Numbered from the stretch's first letter, positions 23,455 through 36,898 are shown. The stretch: DNA of 64,000 nucleotides from Chiloscyllium plagiosum (GCF_004010195.1 NC_057719.1:29116822-29180821), one strand, 5' to 3'. The notes: generated by a model not told the origin, from the letters alone. Program-made: numbers and translations.

Positions 23455-24120
23455 AAAGTAGGTGTTTGTGAATATTCCTGCCAGCTCGTTTGTGCAGGAT
23501 CTGGGTGCATGGCTGGGGACTCCATCCAGGCCAGTTGCTTTCTGTGAGTTCACAGGCCAATCTGATTTCTGCAGTGGTGATTGTGGGTGCAAGTGTACCC
23601 AAAGTTGTTGGGACAGATGACATAATTTCACTGACCTTCTTTCCAAAACCAGCATAAAATGCATTGAGCTCATCAGGGAGAGATGTATTGTTGTCATCAA
23701 TTCTACTCGACTTCACTTTTCAGTCTGTTTATATTGAGTAAACTTTGTCACAGTTGACATGTGATTGTATGGTTAGTTTGGGACTCTAGTCTGGTATTGC
23801 CGGTTGGGGTCCCTGATGACTTTGCGAAAGTCATACTTGGATTTCCTGTATAGGTCAGGTCACCCGACTTGAACACTTCAAATGTCGACTTCAGTAGGGA
23901 GTGGATCTCCCAGTTCATCCATAGTTTCTGGTTGAGGATCTCTTGGATTAACGTCTTTGCCACGCAGTCCTCTATACAGTTAATGATGAAGTCTGCAAAG
24001 GTCATGGCATACTCATTTAGGTTGGCCATTGAGTTTTTGAATATGGACCTGTCCACCAGCTCCAAGCAGTCATGCAGGAGCTCATCCTTTACCTCAGTAC
24101 CCTGGGCTGACCAGACATGT
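23455..24120 (-). mobile_element. Rex1/Babar-like LINE internal fragment
   Basis: SLPDELNAFYAGF, KATGLDGVPSHAPRSCTNELAGIFT, DFIINCIEDCV..NQK.WMN motifs. Confidence 0.75.
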
Positions 24121-24487
24121 TGAGCATCGTTTTGACAGAGACAAAGTTTGAGAAAAATTTCAGAATATGAAGAGGAGAAAATTTCATGACTAAAATAATA
24201 ATGAAACCTTTTTTCTGGAAGTTGGTAGATAAAAATATCTGAGACACTTGAACTTCTTCATTGCGGAGTACAATGTCGAAGGAATAAATTGATGTGTCTA
24301 CTATACCTTAAAGCTAATTTTGTAAGTCATCCCTTATTTATTTCATTAACTGACAATATGTCTTCAGCCACATACTGAACTTTGTTCAGTCGTCTCTGAT
24401 GAAATGCTATAGATAAAATTTGTGCGAAGATTTGTAGCTCGGGTGCTCGTTGTTGTGGTTCTGTTCGCCGAGCTGGAAGTTTTTGTT

Positions 24488-24527
24488 GCAAACGTTTCGT
24501 CCCCTGGCTAGGCGACATCATCAGTGC
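24488..24527 (-). ncRNA. Minimal type I hammerhead ribozyme motif in pLTR
   Basis: GCA-CUGAUGA-U-GUCGCCU-AGCC-AGGGGAC-GAAAC-GUU-UGC. The mirror copy on + at 25203-25242 reads GAAACAUU. Confidence 0.75.
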
Positions 24528-24821
24528 TTGGGAGCCTCCTGCGAAGCGCTTCTTTGATGTTTCCTCCGGTGTTTATAGTGGTCTGTCCCTGCCGCTTCCG
24601 GTTGTCAGTTTCAGCTGTCCGCTGTAGTGGTTGGTATATTGGGTCCAGGTCGATGTGTGTGTTGATGGAGTTTGTGGATGAATGCCATGCCTCTAGGAAT
24701 TCCCTGGCTGTTCTCTGTCTGGCTTGCCCTACGATAGTAGTGTTGTCCCAGTCGAATTCATGTTGCTTGTTGTCTGCGTGTGTGGCTACTAAGGATAGCT
24801 GGTCGTGTCGTTCCGTGGCTA

Positions 24822-25081
24822 NNNNNNNNNNNNNNNNNNNNNNNNNNNNNNNNNNNNNNNNNNNNNNNNNNNNNNNNNNNNNNNNNNNNNNNNNNNNNNN
24901 NNNNNNNNNNNNNNNNNNNNNNNNNNNNNNNNNNNNNNNNNNNNNNNNNNNNNNNNNNNNNNNNNNNNNNNNNNNNNNNNNNNNNNNNNNNNNNNNNNNN
25001 NNNNNNNNNNNNNNNNNNNNNNNNNNNNNNNNNNNNNNNNNNNNNNNNNNNNNNNNNNNNNNNNNNNNNNNNNNNNNNNNN
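24822..25081. other. Assembly gap (N run)
   Basis: 260 N bases. Confidence 1.
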
Positions 25082-25418
25082 CTTGTCCCAATATACCAAC
25101 CACTACAGCGGACAGCTGAAACTGACAACCAGAAGCGGCAGGGACAGACCACTATAAACACCGGAGGAAACATCAAAGAAGCGCTTCGCAGGAGGCTCCC
25201 AAGCACTGATGATGTCGCCTAGCCAGGGGACGAAACATTTGCAACAAAAACTTCCAGCTCGGCGAACAGAACCACAACATGCTATAGATAACTGAACATT
25301 CACGAGGTTACCTGTTAACTTTAGAGATGCAGTATAAATTGTATATTAAAGGAAAATAAAAGTTAATCTGCTGTACTAATTCAAATTGCTTTCCTAAAAT
25401 TTGTTCTTGTGCTTTTAG

Positions 25419-25508
25419 CTGGAAGCCAACTTGTTTGCTTCTAACACAGCATGAAGATCATTTTGAGAAGCAACTTTTAGAAGAACATGCTAATACCATC
25501 AGAGATAA
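25419..25508 (+). CDS. C14orf39: SIX6OS1 coding exon 4 (VWKPTCLLLTQHEDHFEKQLLEEHANTIRDK)
   Basis: 90 nt, CTTTTAG| and |GTAAGG. Contains the WKPTC.....HED motif of SIX6OS1. Confidence 0.92.
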
Positions 25509-26344
25509 GTAAGGAAGAATAAAGCAATGCTCTCCTTTTATATTTTCAAATACCTGTCATCGTGCAGTAGTTGTGCACTCAAATATTTTCTTTGCAAAGG
25601 ATTTCAAATAACATAAAACAATTTATATTAAAGTCCATATCAGCATGTTCTTATGAAGTGCAACTTTTTTGAATTTTCATACACGCACTTTAGTTTTCTT
25701 CATTTTCAATTTTTAATTGTAATACAGTCCTTGTTTGTAGATAGATGATTGTCAGTTGACTTGTATATTTTTCGATATATTTTTCATAAGCCATTGATAA
25801 CAACAGTACCAAGTCATAAAGTTCCTGTAATATTGAAAATTATCCCAAGGTGCTTCCCAAAGTCAATGCATAATAATATAGACCCTTAAGTTGTGGGAGT
25901 AAACTTTGGGAAGATTGATTGAAAGATGTGTTAAAAAGACTGTTTTGAAGAAGTTTTTAAGGGCAAGAAAGAGAAGTGTTAAGACAGAAGATTTCAGGGA
26001 CAAAGTTCCATGGACTACCACCAAGGCAACTGAACACTCTAGGCTGAATCTTGTGTTTTATTGGCTAATGTTAATTTTGTCGAGTTTCAAACAGGATGTT
26101 TTTTCACAATACCCAGTGAGATCTTTTGCCATAACTTACTAAACTTGCCACATTCACTATGCACCTCATCCCTATTGCGCCCTTCTCACCTGTTTCAAGC
26201 CACATTCTACCACTCATCGTACAAAGAATAAGTTGCCACTGCTGGGATATGATGGAATATACTGGTATCCTTAGTGTTGGCACTATCTTTAAATGGCTCT
26301 GTGCATCTGAACAAGCACTGTTAACCCAGAGCTCACCTGCTCAG

Positions 26345-27362
26345 CTCTTGAGGGTGGTGGTTGATGGGAAATGTTCATCCTGGAGTTCAGTTACTAGTGG
26401 TATACCGCAAGGATCTGTTTTGGGTCCACTGCTGTTGTCATTTTTAGAAACAACCTGGATGAGGGCATAAAGGATGGGTAAGCAAATTTGCATATGACAC
26501 TAATGTGGGTACAGTTATGGATAGTGCTGAACGATGTTGTGGTTTACAGAGAGACATAGATAAGCTGCAGAGCTGGGCTGAGAGGTGGCAAATGGAGTTT
26601 AATGCAGAAAAGTGTGAGGAGATTCACTTTGGAAGGAGTAACAGGAATGTGGAATACTGGGCGAATGGTAAGATTCTTGGTAGTGTAGATGAGCAGAGAG
26701 ATCTCAGTGTCCATGAACATAGATCCCTCAAAGTTGCCAGCCAGATTGATAGGGTTTTAAGAAGGCATATGGTGGGTTAGCTTTTATTAGTAGAGGGATT
26801 GAGTTTCGGAATGATGAGGTCATGCTGCAGCTGTGCAAAATTCTGGTGCGGTCGCACTTGGAGTATTGCGTGCAATTCTGGTTACTGCATTATAGGAAGG
26901 ATGTGGAAGCTTCGGAAAGGTTTCAGAGGAGATTTAATAGGATGTTGCCTGGTATGGAGGGAAGGTCTTACGAGGAAAGGTTGGGGTACTTGAGGCTGTA
27001 TTCGTTAGAGAGAAGAAGGTTGAGAGGTGACTTAATTGAGACATACAAGATAATCAGAGGGTTAGGTAGGGTGCACATTGAGACCCTTTTTGCTAGGATT
27101 GCGATGGCTAGCATGAGGGGTGTTAGATATAGGACAGACGTCAGAGGTAGTTTCTTTACTCAGAGAGTAGTAGGGGCGTGGAACGCACTGCGTGCAACAG
27201 TTGTAGACTCGCCAACTTTATGGGCATTTAAATGGACATTGGATAGGCTTATGGATGAGAATGGAATTGTGTAGGTTAGATGGGCTTCAGATTGGTTTTA
27301 CTTGGCAGCGCAACATCAAGGGCCGAAGGGCTTGTACTGTGCTGTAATCTTCCATGTTCTGT
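26345..27362 (+). mobile_element. CR1 LINE 3' fragment
   Basis: SGIPQGSVLGP, WQMEFNAEKC, HLEYCVQFW; 3' tail. Confidence 0.9.
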
Positions 27363-27449
27363 ATCAAGGTGTTACCCTATACATAACAAAATTTAGCTTT
27401 CTTCTGTTACTTTAAAGTTGTTAAAGTAACAACTTTAAAGTTGTTAAAG

Positions 27450-30400
27450 GGGCAGAGATGGTAGTCAGTGGAGTGGTATGCTCCTCCTGTCATATGTGGG
27501 AAATCAGGGAGCAGTTGAGTGTATCTAGTGACTAAGTCTGCAGAAAATGTGCCCAGCTACAGCTCCTCTCAGGGGAAAACAGTAGCAACAGCCAGTTCTT
27601 TCAAAGTCCAAATGAGCAATTATGAAAGGGAATTCTGTAGTCAGGAGCAGAGACAGACACTTCTGCAGCTGCCAGTAAGAGTCCAGGATGGTGTGTTGCC
27701 TCACTGGTGCCAGGATCACGGACATCTTGGAGTGGTTTCTTAAAGGGTATATTTTCAAAGGGGAGCATGAGCAGCCAGTGGTCTTCATACACATTGGTAC
27801 CGGTGACATAGGAAGAAAAAGAAATGAGGTTTTGCAGAGTGAACATAAGGAGTTGAAAGGAGGTTAAAAAGCAGGACCTCAAGAGTAGCAATATCTGGAT
27901 TTTTCCCAGTACTACTAAATAGTAGTGAGACCAAAGAGAAGGTTGAAGCTAGAGCCAAAGCTAAAGAGAGCAAGTTAAATAGACCAGTCAGGCAAGAGCA
28001 TGGCAGGGAATAAGGAAGGATTGATGAGTTAAGAAGTATTAATTTCAGTGCAAAACTCAGGGCATGGATGGAAACATGAGACAGCAAGACTGGCAGCTTA
28101 CTGTTCTCATGTAAGGATGCATAGGAAGGATGGACAGGGAGGCACAAGAGGAAGGGCAGTGGCATTTTGATAATCGCAACTGTACTTAGGATATTTCTGG
28201 GTGGACCTGAGAAATAAGAAGGGGTGAACACTTTGAATGGATTGTACAATAGGGCCTCCTATAGACAGCAGAAAATTTAGGAGCAAATGTGAAGGGAGAT
28301 CGCAAATAGCTGTAACAATTGTAATAGTGGGGGATTTTAACTTTCCCGACATGGACTGGGATTACCAAAGAGTTAACGGCTTAGATGGGAAGGAATTTGT
28401 TAAATATGTTCAGGAAAACCTTCTTAATCAATATGTAAAGTGCCTACAAAAGAAGGGGCAAAACTTGACTTCCTCTTGGGAAATAAGACAGAACAAGTGA
28501 CTGAGATGTTAGACAGGGAGCACTTGGGACCAGTGACCATAACTCCATTAATTTTAAAATAGTTATGGAAAAGGATAAGTCTGGTCCACAAGTTAAAGTT
28601 CAAAATTAGGAAAACTTAAGTACAGTGGGATCTTGATCAGATGGGCCAATGGACCAAGGAGTGGCAGATGGAATTTACTCAAAATAAATGTGAAATGCTG
28701 CATTTTAGAAAGGCAAATCAGGGCAGGTCTTAAACACTTAATGGTAAGGTCCTGGGGAGTGTTGCTGAACAAAGACCTGAGAGTGCAGGTTCATAGTTCT
28801 TTGAAAGTGGATTTGCAGGCAGGTAGGATAGTGAGGAAGGCATTTGGCATGTTTGCCTTCAGTGCCTTGCATTGAATAAAGGAGCTGGGAGGTCATGTTG
28901 CGGCTGTACAGGACATTGATTAGGCCACTTTTGTAATACTTGATGCAATTCTGGTTTCCCTGTTATAGGAGGGATGTTGAGAAACTTGAAAGGGTTCAGA
29001 AAGATTTACAAGGATGCTGCCAGGGTTGAGGGCTTGAGCTACAGTGAGTGGCTAACTAGCCTGGGGCTATTTTCCCTGGAGCATTGGAGGCTGAAGGGTG
29101 ACCTTATAGAGGTTTTTAAAATCATGAAGGGCATGTGTAGGTTAATAGATAAGGTCTTTTCCCTGTGGTACGGGAGTCCAAAACTAGACGGTATAGATTT
29201 AAGGTGAGAGGGGAAAGATTTAAAAGGACCCAAGGGGCAACGTGTTCATGAAGAGAGTGATGGATGTATGAAATGAACTGCCAGCGGAAGTGGTGGAATC
29301 TGGCACAATGACAATGTTTAAAAGGCATCTGGATGGGTATATGAATAGGAAAGGTTTAGAAGGATATGGGCCAAATGCTGGCAAATGGGACTAGATTTAT
29401 TTAGAATATCTGGTCAGCATGGATGAGTTGGACTGAAGGGTCTGTTTCCATGCTGTACATCTCTATGACTGTTATGATTCTAGACAGGAACTTTCAAAGG
29501 CTGATCAGGAGAGGATGTTCACATATAAAGGATGCCTGGCAAGTTGGAAGCTTTCAAAAGCAAAATAACGAGAGTTTAGGGCCAGCATGTTCTTGTTAGT
29601 GTGAAAGGCAAGGCTATTTATTGTTGGGAACATTGGATGACTAGAGATTTTGAGGATCTGGTCAAGAAAAATAAGGAGGCATATATCAGGTATAGGCAGC
29701 TGGGATCAAGTGAATCCCCTGTGGAGTATAAGGGGTGTTGGAGTACACTCGAGGGAAATCAAGATAGCTTTGGCTGATAAAATAATGGAGAATCTAAAGG
29801 GTCTTACAAGTATATTAAGTGCAAAACAGTAAGTAGGGGGAGATTATGGCCTCTTAAAAACCATTGGGGTTGTCTTTGTGTGGAGCCATAGGAGATAGAT
29901 GAAATCCTAAATGAATATTTCTCTTCAGCATTTAGAACTTGGGGAAATAAATAGTAATGTCCTGAATGGACATTACTAAGGAGGAGGTGTTGGAGGTATT
30001 TAAATACATAAAGATAAATAAATTCCCAGAACTTGATCAAGTATGTCCCAGGACCCCTAGTGAGACACTTGTATTGACAGTCACAGGTGAGGTGCTGGAA
30101 GAGAGCAAGGTGACTAATATTGTGCCGATATTTAACAAAGGCTGCAAGGAAAAGCCAAAGAGCCTAATGTTAGTGGGGGGTAATTTGTTGGAGGGGATTC
30201 TGAGAGACAGGATCTACATGTGTTTGGAAAGGCAAGCACTAATTAGGGATAGTCAGCATGACTTTGTGTGCGGGAAATCATGTCACACAAATTTGATTGA
30301 GTTTTTTGAAGAAGTGGCCAAGCAGATAATTGAAGGCAGAGAAGTAGTCATTGCTTATGTGGACTTTAGCAAGATCTTATGACAAGGTTCCGCATGACAG

Positions 30401-31405
30401 ATTGGTTAGTAAGGATAGATTGCATGGGATCTTAGGAGATCTTGGCAAATGAATACAAAATTGGCTTGACAGTAGGAGACAGAGGGTAGTGGTAAAGGGA
30501 TGTTGTTCAGACTGGAGGCCTGTGACCAGTGGTTTGCCGCAAGCTTCGGAGCTGGGTCCACTGTTGTTTATCATTTACATAAATTATTTGGAAAAGAATG
30601 TAGGAGGCATGGTTAGTAAATTTGCAAATAGCATCAAAATTGGTGGTACAGTGGACAGAGAAGAAGGTTATTTAAGAATACAATCGAATCTTGATGAATT
30701 AGGCCAGTGGGCTGAGGAATGCCCAATGGCGTTTAATGTAGATAAATGCAAGGTGTTGCAATTTGGTAAGACAAACCAGGGCTGGGCGTACACAATTAAT
30801 GGTAGGGCCCTTGGGAGTGTTGAACAGAGAGATCTAGAGATACTTGGTTCCTTGAAAGTGTTGTAGCAGGTAGACAGGGTGTTGAAGAAGCATTTGGCAC
30901 ACTTGCCTTGATTGGCCAGAGCATTGGGTACAAGAGTTGGGATGTCATGTTACATTTGTACAAGGCATTGGTAAGGTCACATTTGGAGTACTATGTAAAA
31001 TTCTGATTGCCTTTCTTTAGGAAGGGGAAGGGTTTAAGTTGTAAGGAAATATTGGGTAGGGTGGGATGTTTTTTTCCCTGGAGCAGAGGAAGCTGAGGGA
31101 GTTTATAAAATCAGAGGTATTGATAAAGTGAATAGCCAAGTTCCAAGTAGGGGGCATAGGTTTAAGGTGAGGGGGAAAGACTTAAAAGGGACTTGAAGGG
31201 CAACATTTTTACACACAAAGGGTGGTGTGTATATGGAATGAACTGCCAGAGGAAATTTAAAAGATATTTGGACAGGTACATGGATAGGAAAGGATTAGAG
31301 GGATATGGGCCAAATGCAGGCAAATGGAACTAGTTTAGGAAATCTGGTTTGAATGGATAAGTTGGGGCAAAAGGCCTGTTTCCGTGTTGTATGAGTCTGA
31401 CTCTA
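27450..31405 (+). mobile_element. Long decayed CR1 (ORF1 esterase, APE, RT) with a second CR1 3' fragment nested at about 28620-29482
   Basis: HIGTGD, IVGDFNFPDMDW, SQHDFVCGKSCHTNL, SGLPQASELGP. An internal 3' tail at about 29400-29480 interrupts the endonuclease-RT linker. Confidence 0.8.
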
Positions 31406-32471
31406 AGGCTAGCCTGAAGCATCTTTAGTTTCACATTTGATGGCCTGATGGCTGCCTTCTCTGCTATATTCTGTGAAGATTCACCCAGTCGCTAGCTAGT
31501 GTCATGCCATCCTCATGATTTAGGAACCAAGGAAGTGAAATCCCTTCAGTTGAACATAATGTGCCTTTGACCACCTGTGCAGCCTTTGGGACTGAAGAAA
31601 GCTATGCTATTCACAATTTTTTTTTCCAAAGCAACCATTAAATTTGAATGTGCTTGGAAATAATTAGTTTCAAGCCTGTTAAAGTAGTTAAGTGAATGCA
31701 TTAAGTAACTATCATCCATCTTAACTTTGCAGTAACCAAATATTACAACTGTATAATTCTGTTTTTTTCCTGAAGTTTGGAATCTGATGACAGCTTGATT
31801 TAAACAAAAATCCATCAGCCTGTAATTAAAAAAATGACATAAGATCCACATCAATGTCTGTTATTTCTATAAAGTGATACAACCATATGCACCATCCACT
31901 CCATCATGGTTTTGTGATGTTTTCAAAAATGATATTCTTTTTTGTATGCCTTCACCTAGGTTTTAAGTACATATCAAGAAAAAACAGTAGTTCTAATACC
32001 AAGTCTGGGGAGCCCCCACTATTCCTCATGTCCTAAAAAGAACTATTCACTACTACTCTCTGTTACCTGTCACTCAATCCACTTTATATCCATGTACTTT
32101 CCTTCCTTAAGGCCATAAGACCATACAAATTTGGAACATGAGTAGGCAGTTCAGCCCATTGAGCCTGCACTACCATTCAATAGACTCATGGCTGATCCGA
32201 CATTCCTCACATCCACTTTCCTGCCCTTTCCTCATAACCCTTGGTTCCCCTTTTGATCAAGAATCTATCTCAGCCTTAAATATACACACAGACTATGCCC
32301 CCACATCTCTCTGTGGCACTATGTTCCAAAGACTTACAAGTCATGAAGAGAAGAAATCCCTCCTCATCTTAGTCTTAAATTGGCACCCCTTTATCCAGAG
32401 ACTATCTTCTCTGAATGAGGGAAGCACCGTCTTAGTACTTATCTTGTCAAGCACCTTGGGAATTTTAAAAT

Positions 32472-33312
32472 AAAACAAAAAACTGCGGATGCTGGACTTC
32501 TGAAACGAAAATAGAGAGTGCTGGCAAGACTCAACAGGTCTGGCAGCATCTGTAGGAAGAAAGCAGAGTTAATATTATGAGTCCAGTGAAGGTGGTGGGG
32601 TTGGGTGGGGGAAATGTGGGGGGAGGTGCTAGGAGGTGGTTGGGGAGGTGAGCAGGTAGGTGGAGGTAGAGCCTAAAGAGAGAGAGAGAGAGAGAGATAT
32701 GAATGGGGTAGATGTTCAAGTAGATCATGAATAGCACGACGGGACTGAAGAAAAGCTGAAAAGTGAAAATAAGAGCAATGAGTAGGAGAGAATGGTGAGC
32801 TGTACTGAAAGCCATCCATATAATGTGATAGAGGCCTAGGAGTAAGTAATAATGGATCACTATTAAAAACAACCCATGTTATAACAGGACTGAGTGTGGG
32901 GTAGGTAACATTTACTGAAGCATGGAATCAGGTTCTAAACTTATGAAGCACAGATCCTAGAGCCTGCAAAGTCCCCAAGTAGAAAATGAGATGTTGATCT
33001 TGGAGATTGCATTGAGCTTTGCTGAAACACTGCAGTAGGCCTGTGACAGAAATGTTGTTGTGGGAACATGGTGGTGTGGGAGGTTGTGGGCAACTGGAGG
33101 CTTGGGCTTATTTTTGTGCGCAAAGCTTAGGCATTCTGCACAGGTGATTGCTTCCTCTGTTCACCTCCTCCACACTTCATCTATAGCATAAATACCACCT
33201 TTTCCCAGCTGCTAACAGTTGAGATAAAGAATCATTGCGCTTGAAAGATTACCCCTGCTTTCTTCCTACAGATGCTGCCAGACCTGATGAATTTTGCCAG
33301 CAATTTCTGATT
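32472..33312. mobile_element. Old Neptune-type Penelope element with inverted pLTR ends, inside a - strand CR1 (about 32115-33570)
   Basis: CAGGTCTGGCAGCATCTGTAGGAAGAAAGCAG at about 32535-32566 is inverted at about 33256-33286. Decayed endonuclease remnant at about 32930-33145. Confidence 0.65.
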
Positions 33313-34196
33313 TGTCCCTTAAAAATCCTACAAATTTCGGTGAGATCATCCCTCATTCTTGTAAACTCCAGTGAGTACAGTTCCAACTTGTTTATCCTTT
33401 GTTCACAAGACAATCTCTCCATACCAGGGATCATTCTAGTGAACTATCTTTGAACTGCCCCCAATGAAATTATATCTTTCCTTAAGTAAGGGGATCAAAA
33501 CTGCTCACAGTACTCCAGTTGCAGTAAGACTTCCCTACTCCTATAGTCCAATCCTCCTGAAATAAGAGCTTCCTTGGGTTTCATTTTTACTGACAAGCTA
33601 ATTTATCAAAACCTTTTTGGAAATCCCCATACACCACAAATCCCTAACAAATCAATTACATTAATCACTCCTTTCTGAAACTTCACCAATAAACTCCAAT
33701 GGACTGGTAATTTTGTCCTGGTTTATTGTTTCCAAAAGCTTTCCCATCACTAAGGTTAAGCAGGCCAACATATAGTTCTGGATCTTTTCTGATACTGTCT
33801 GACTACAGGCATGGTACTATATACTGGGAAATAGTTAACACTATAGTATTGATCAAAAGGGAAGAAAGGATAGCATGAGTAATTACACACCAATTGCCCT
33901 AACCTCGATGGTGGGTAGATTTTTTGCGGCAGAGTATAAATTGTAATTTAGAAAAATATGGATTAATCAAGGATAGTCAGCATGAATTTCTTGAGGAAAA
34001 GTTATATCTGACTACTTGCTTCAATGATTTGTGAAGGTAACACAAAAAGAAAGAAAATAGGAGTCGTTTAAACAGGAGTCACAAAAATAGTGGGTTATTT
34101 GGTCCTTCAAGCCTGCTCCACCATTAAGTATGGTCATAGCTGATCATCCTGTTCTTGCTTTCTCCCAAGTCACTTTGATCCCTTTAGCCATAAGAA

Positions 34197-35293
34197 CTAG
34201 CCACTTGGATACAGAACTGGCTCAAAGGTAGAAGACAGAGGGTGGTGGTGGAGGATTGTTTTTCAGACTGGAGGCCTATGACCAGTGGAGTGCCACAAGG
34301 ATCGGTGCTGGGCCCTCTACTTTTTGTCATTTACATAAATGATTTGAATGCGAGCATAAGAGGTACAGTTACTAAGTTTGCAGGTGACACCAAAATTGGA
34401 GGTGTAGTGGACAGCGAAGAGGGTTACCTCAGTTTACAACAGGATCTGGACCAAATGGGCCAATGGGCTGAGAAGTGACAGATGGAGTTTAATTCAGATA
34501 AATGCAAGGTGCTGCATTTTGGGAAAGCAAATCTTAGCAGGACTTATATACTTAATGGGGAGTGTTGCTGAACAAAGAGACCTTGGAGTGCAGGTTCATA
34601 TCTCCTTGAAAGTGGAGTCGCAGGTCGATAGGATAGTGAAGAAGGTGTTTGGTATGCTTTCCTTTATTGGTCAGAGTATTGAGTACAGGAGTTGGGAGGT
34701 CATGTTGCGGCTGTACAGGACATTGGTTAGGCCACTGTTGGAATATTGCATGCAATTCTGGTCTCCTTCCTATCGGAAAGATGTTGTGAAACTTGAAAGG
34801 GTTCAGAACAGATTTACAAGGATGTTGCCTGGGTTGAAGGATCTGAGCTACAGGGAGAAGCTGAACAGGCTAGGGCTGTTTTCCCTGGAGCGTCGGAGGC
34901 TGACGGGTGACCTTATAGAGGTTTACAAAATTAAGTGGGGCATGGATAGGATAAATAGACAAAGTATTTTCCCTGGAATCGGGGAGTCCAGAACTAGAGG
35001 GCGTAGGTTTAGGTTGAGATGGGAAAGATATAAAAGAGACCTAAGGGGCAACGTTTTCACGCAGAGGGTGGTACGTGTATGGAATGAGCTGCCAGAGGAT
35101 GTGGTGGAGGCTGGTACAATTGCAACATTTAAGAGGCATTTGGATGGGTATATGAATAGGAAGGGTTTGGAGGGATATGGGCCGGGAGTTGGCAGGTGGG
35201 ACTAGATTGGGTTGGGATATCTGGTCGGCATGGAAGTGTTGGACCGAAGGGTCTGTTTGCATGCTGTACATCTCTATGACTCTATGACTCTAT
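34197..35293 (+). mobile_element. CR1 (HER1-like) LINE 3' part, fairly young
   Basis: ORFs 34242-34478 and 34519-35205; (CTCTATGA)n tail. Same subfamily as 13654-15260. Confidence 0.93.
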
Positions 35294-36710
35294 AACTATA
35301 TCTGACCCCTTCTTGAAAACAGTCACTGTCTTCCCCCCAACCATTTTTTTTTGGTAGAAAATTCCACAGGCTTACCATTCTCCGCATCTTACTCCTCAAA
35401 TAACTCCTCAATGAGACTAATGCATTTGGTTTAATACAAATGGAGTTTACTAAGACTTCTCACAAAGGATATACTTTGAAGCTAGACTGAAAAATAAGAG
35501 CCTTGGAATCCAAAGGCAAATGACAAGCTCGATCCAAATTGCTTCAGTGGCAATATGTGAAGGATAATGGTAGGTGAATCTCTTGCAGGTGGAAGGCAAT
35601 TTATACAAGGCTCAGTAATAGAAACTTTCATTTCATGGTTTATAGCATCTAATTACATATAAAGGAAGCATGTAAGGAGCATGATTAGCAAGTTTTGCAA
35701 ACAATAACTAATTTGGTATTGTGGTTGAGAATGAGGAAGAAAGCTGGGGACAGGAAGAAACCAATGGGCTGATTTAGTAGACAGAAATATGGCAAAGGCA
35801 TTTAATCTTGAGAACTATGAAGAACTACATTTTTGGAAGAACAATAGGGCCAAGTAAATACACAATGGATGGTAGGATATGGGAAAAACATAATGTAACA
35901 GAAGGATCTTGGAGGACGTGTCCCAAAAGATAGTAGAACAGGGACATGAGTGGAGATAGAGACAGTTGTGATTCTTTCCTATATTTGTTGAGATATAGCA
36001 TGTAAGAGCCAGGAGATTATGCTAGAATTAAATAAATAAATTACCCTTTAAGTTAAGCTGTGGTACTGCATTTAGTTTCGGTCAAATATTATCACAAGGA
36101 TGCTCGGCATCAGCAGGTACTGTTCACTTTTGAACATGTTTTTGAGCCTCATCCAAGTTATAATTTTCTCACAGCTTCCTCACAGCCTTCTAATTTTGAT
36201 TTGATTGAACCTGCTGCTTTTGCTCATTGCAGCAGCTGGCTGGCAGGATGTAAATGTGACCTGGGAATTTAAAGCTCAATTTATGATGGAATGGTAGTTT
36301 GATACTTGATCCCCACGCCACCTAAAACCTGCTCTCAGCTACATATTTCAACAAAGCATGCATTCTTGTTTTGACTTTTCTCTATGGTAAAAATTATTGA
36401 TGTATCTGATGCCTGACAATTTGATGATGTGGAGGTGCTGGTGTTGGACAAAGTCAAAAATCACACGACACCAGGTTATAATCCAACAGGTTTATTTGAA
36501 ACTGCAAGGTTTGGGGCCCCCGGTTCTTTCCTCAGACCTTGGAGGAGAATGTTGGAATTGATGTATTTACCTTCAGAAATATTGCACTGGTTTGTTTATG
36601 GGAATCTTCTGTTTGTATGCGCTGAGTTTTATTACCTAATTGTGATTTTCTTTGTGGCTCAATTAATATTAAATAATGAATTTGGAGGGAAATCTTAATT
36701 TTTTTTCCAG

Positions 36711-36898
36711 GCAAATGTATCAAGACCACTTAAAACAATATAGAAAGATTCTGCAGCAGCACCAGTCACAGTATTCTACATTTTCCCATGCGAAGGAGTA
36801 TTTAAAAAAAAAAGCAGCATATGAAGAAATTCGATGTCAAGTACTGAACTACACTGAGCAAATGCAACAGAAGACACAATTTCTGGCAGATCTTCTAG
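36711..36898 (+). CDS. C14orf39: SIX6OS1 coding exon 5 (QMYQDHLKQYRKILQQHQSQYS...EEIRCQVLNYTEQMQQKTQFLADLL)
   Basis: 188 nt, TTTTTTTTCCAG| and AG|GTATTA. Resembles recalled EMYHDYICQYKEVLKQYQLKYS...EEIQSRVLACTEQL. Confidence 0.92.

Larger units (their letters stand above)
24417..25278. mobile_element. Penelope-like (Poseidon-type) element with inverted arms, spanning an assembly gap
   Basis: GIY-YIG C-terminus (HEFDWDNTTI...REFLEAWHS) on - in the left arm, inverted copy in the right arm. Perfect 13-bp TSD ATGCTATAGATAA at 24404-24416 and 25279-25291. Confidence 0.9.

Noticed and set aside
24508..25222. Two 232-aa mirror ORFs and other ORFs crossing the N run
   Set aside because: Artefacts of translating through Ns in an inverted repeat; they are antisense to the Penelope endonuclease at their starts.
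34519..35205. Functional reverse transcriptase gene
   Set aside because: 5'-truncated CR1 with a stop at 34476-34478 and a deletion; no LINE in the window is intact.
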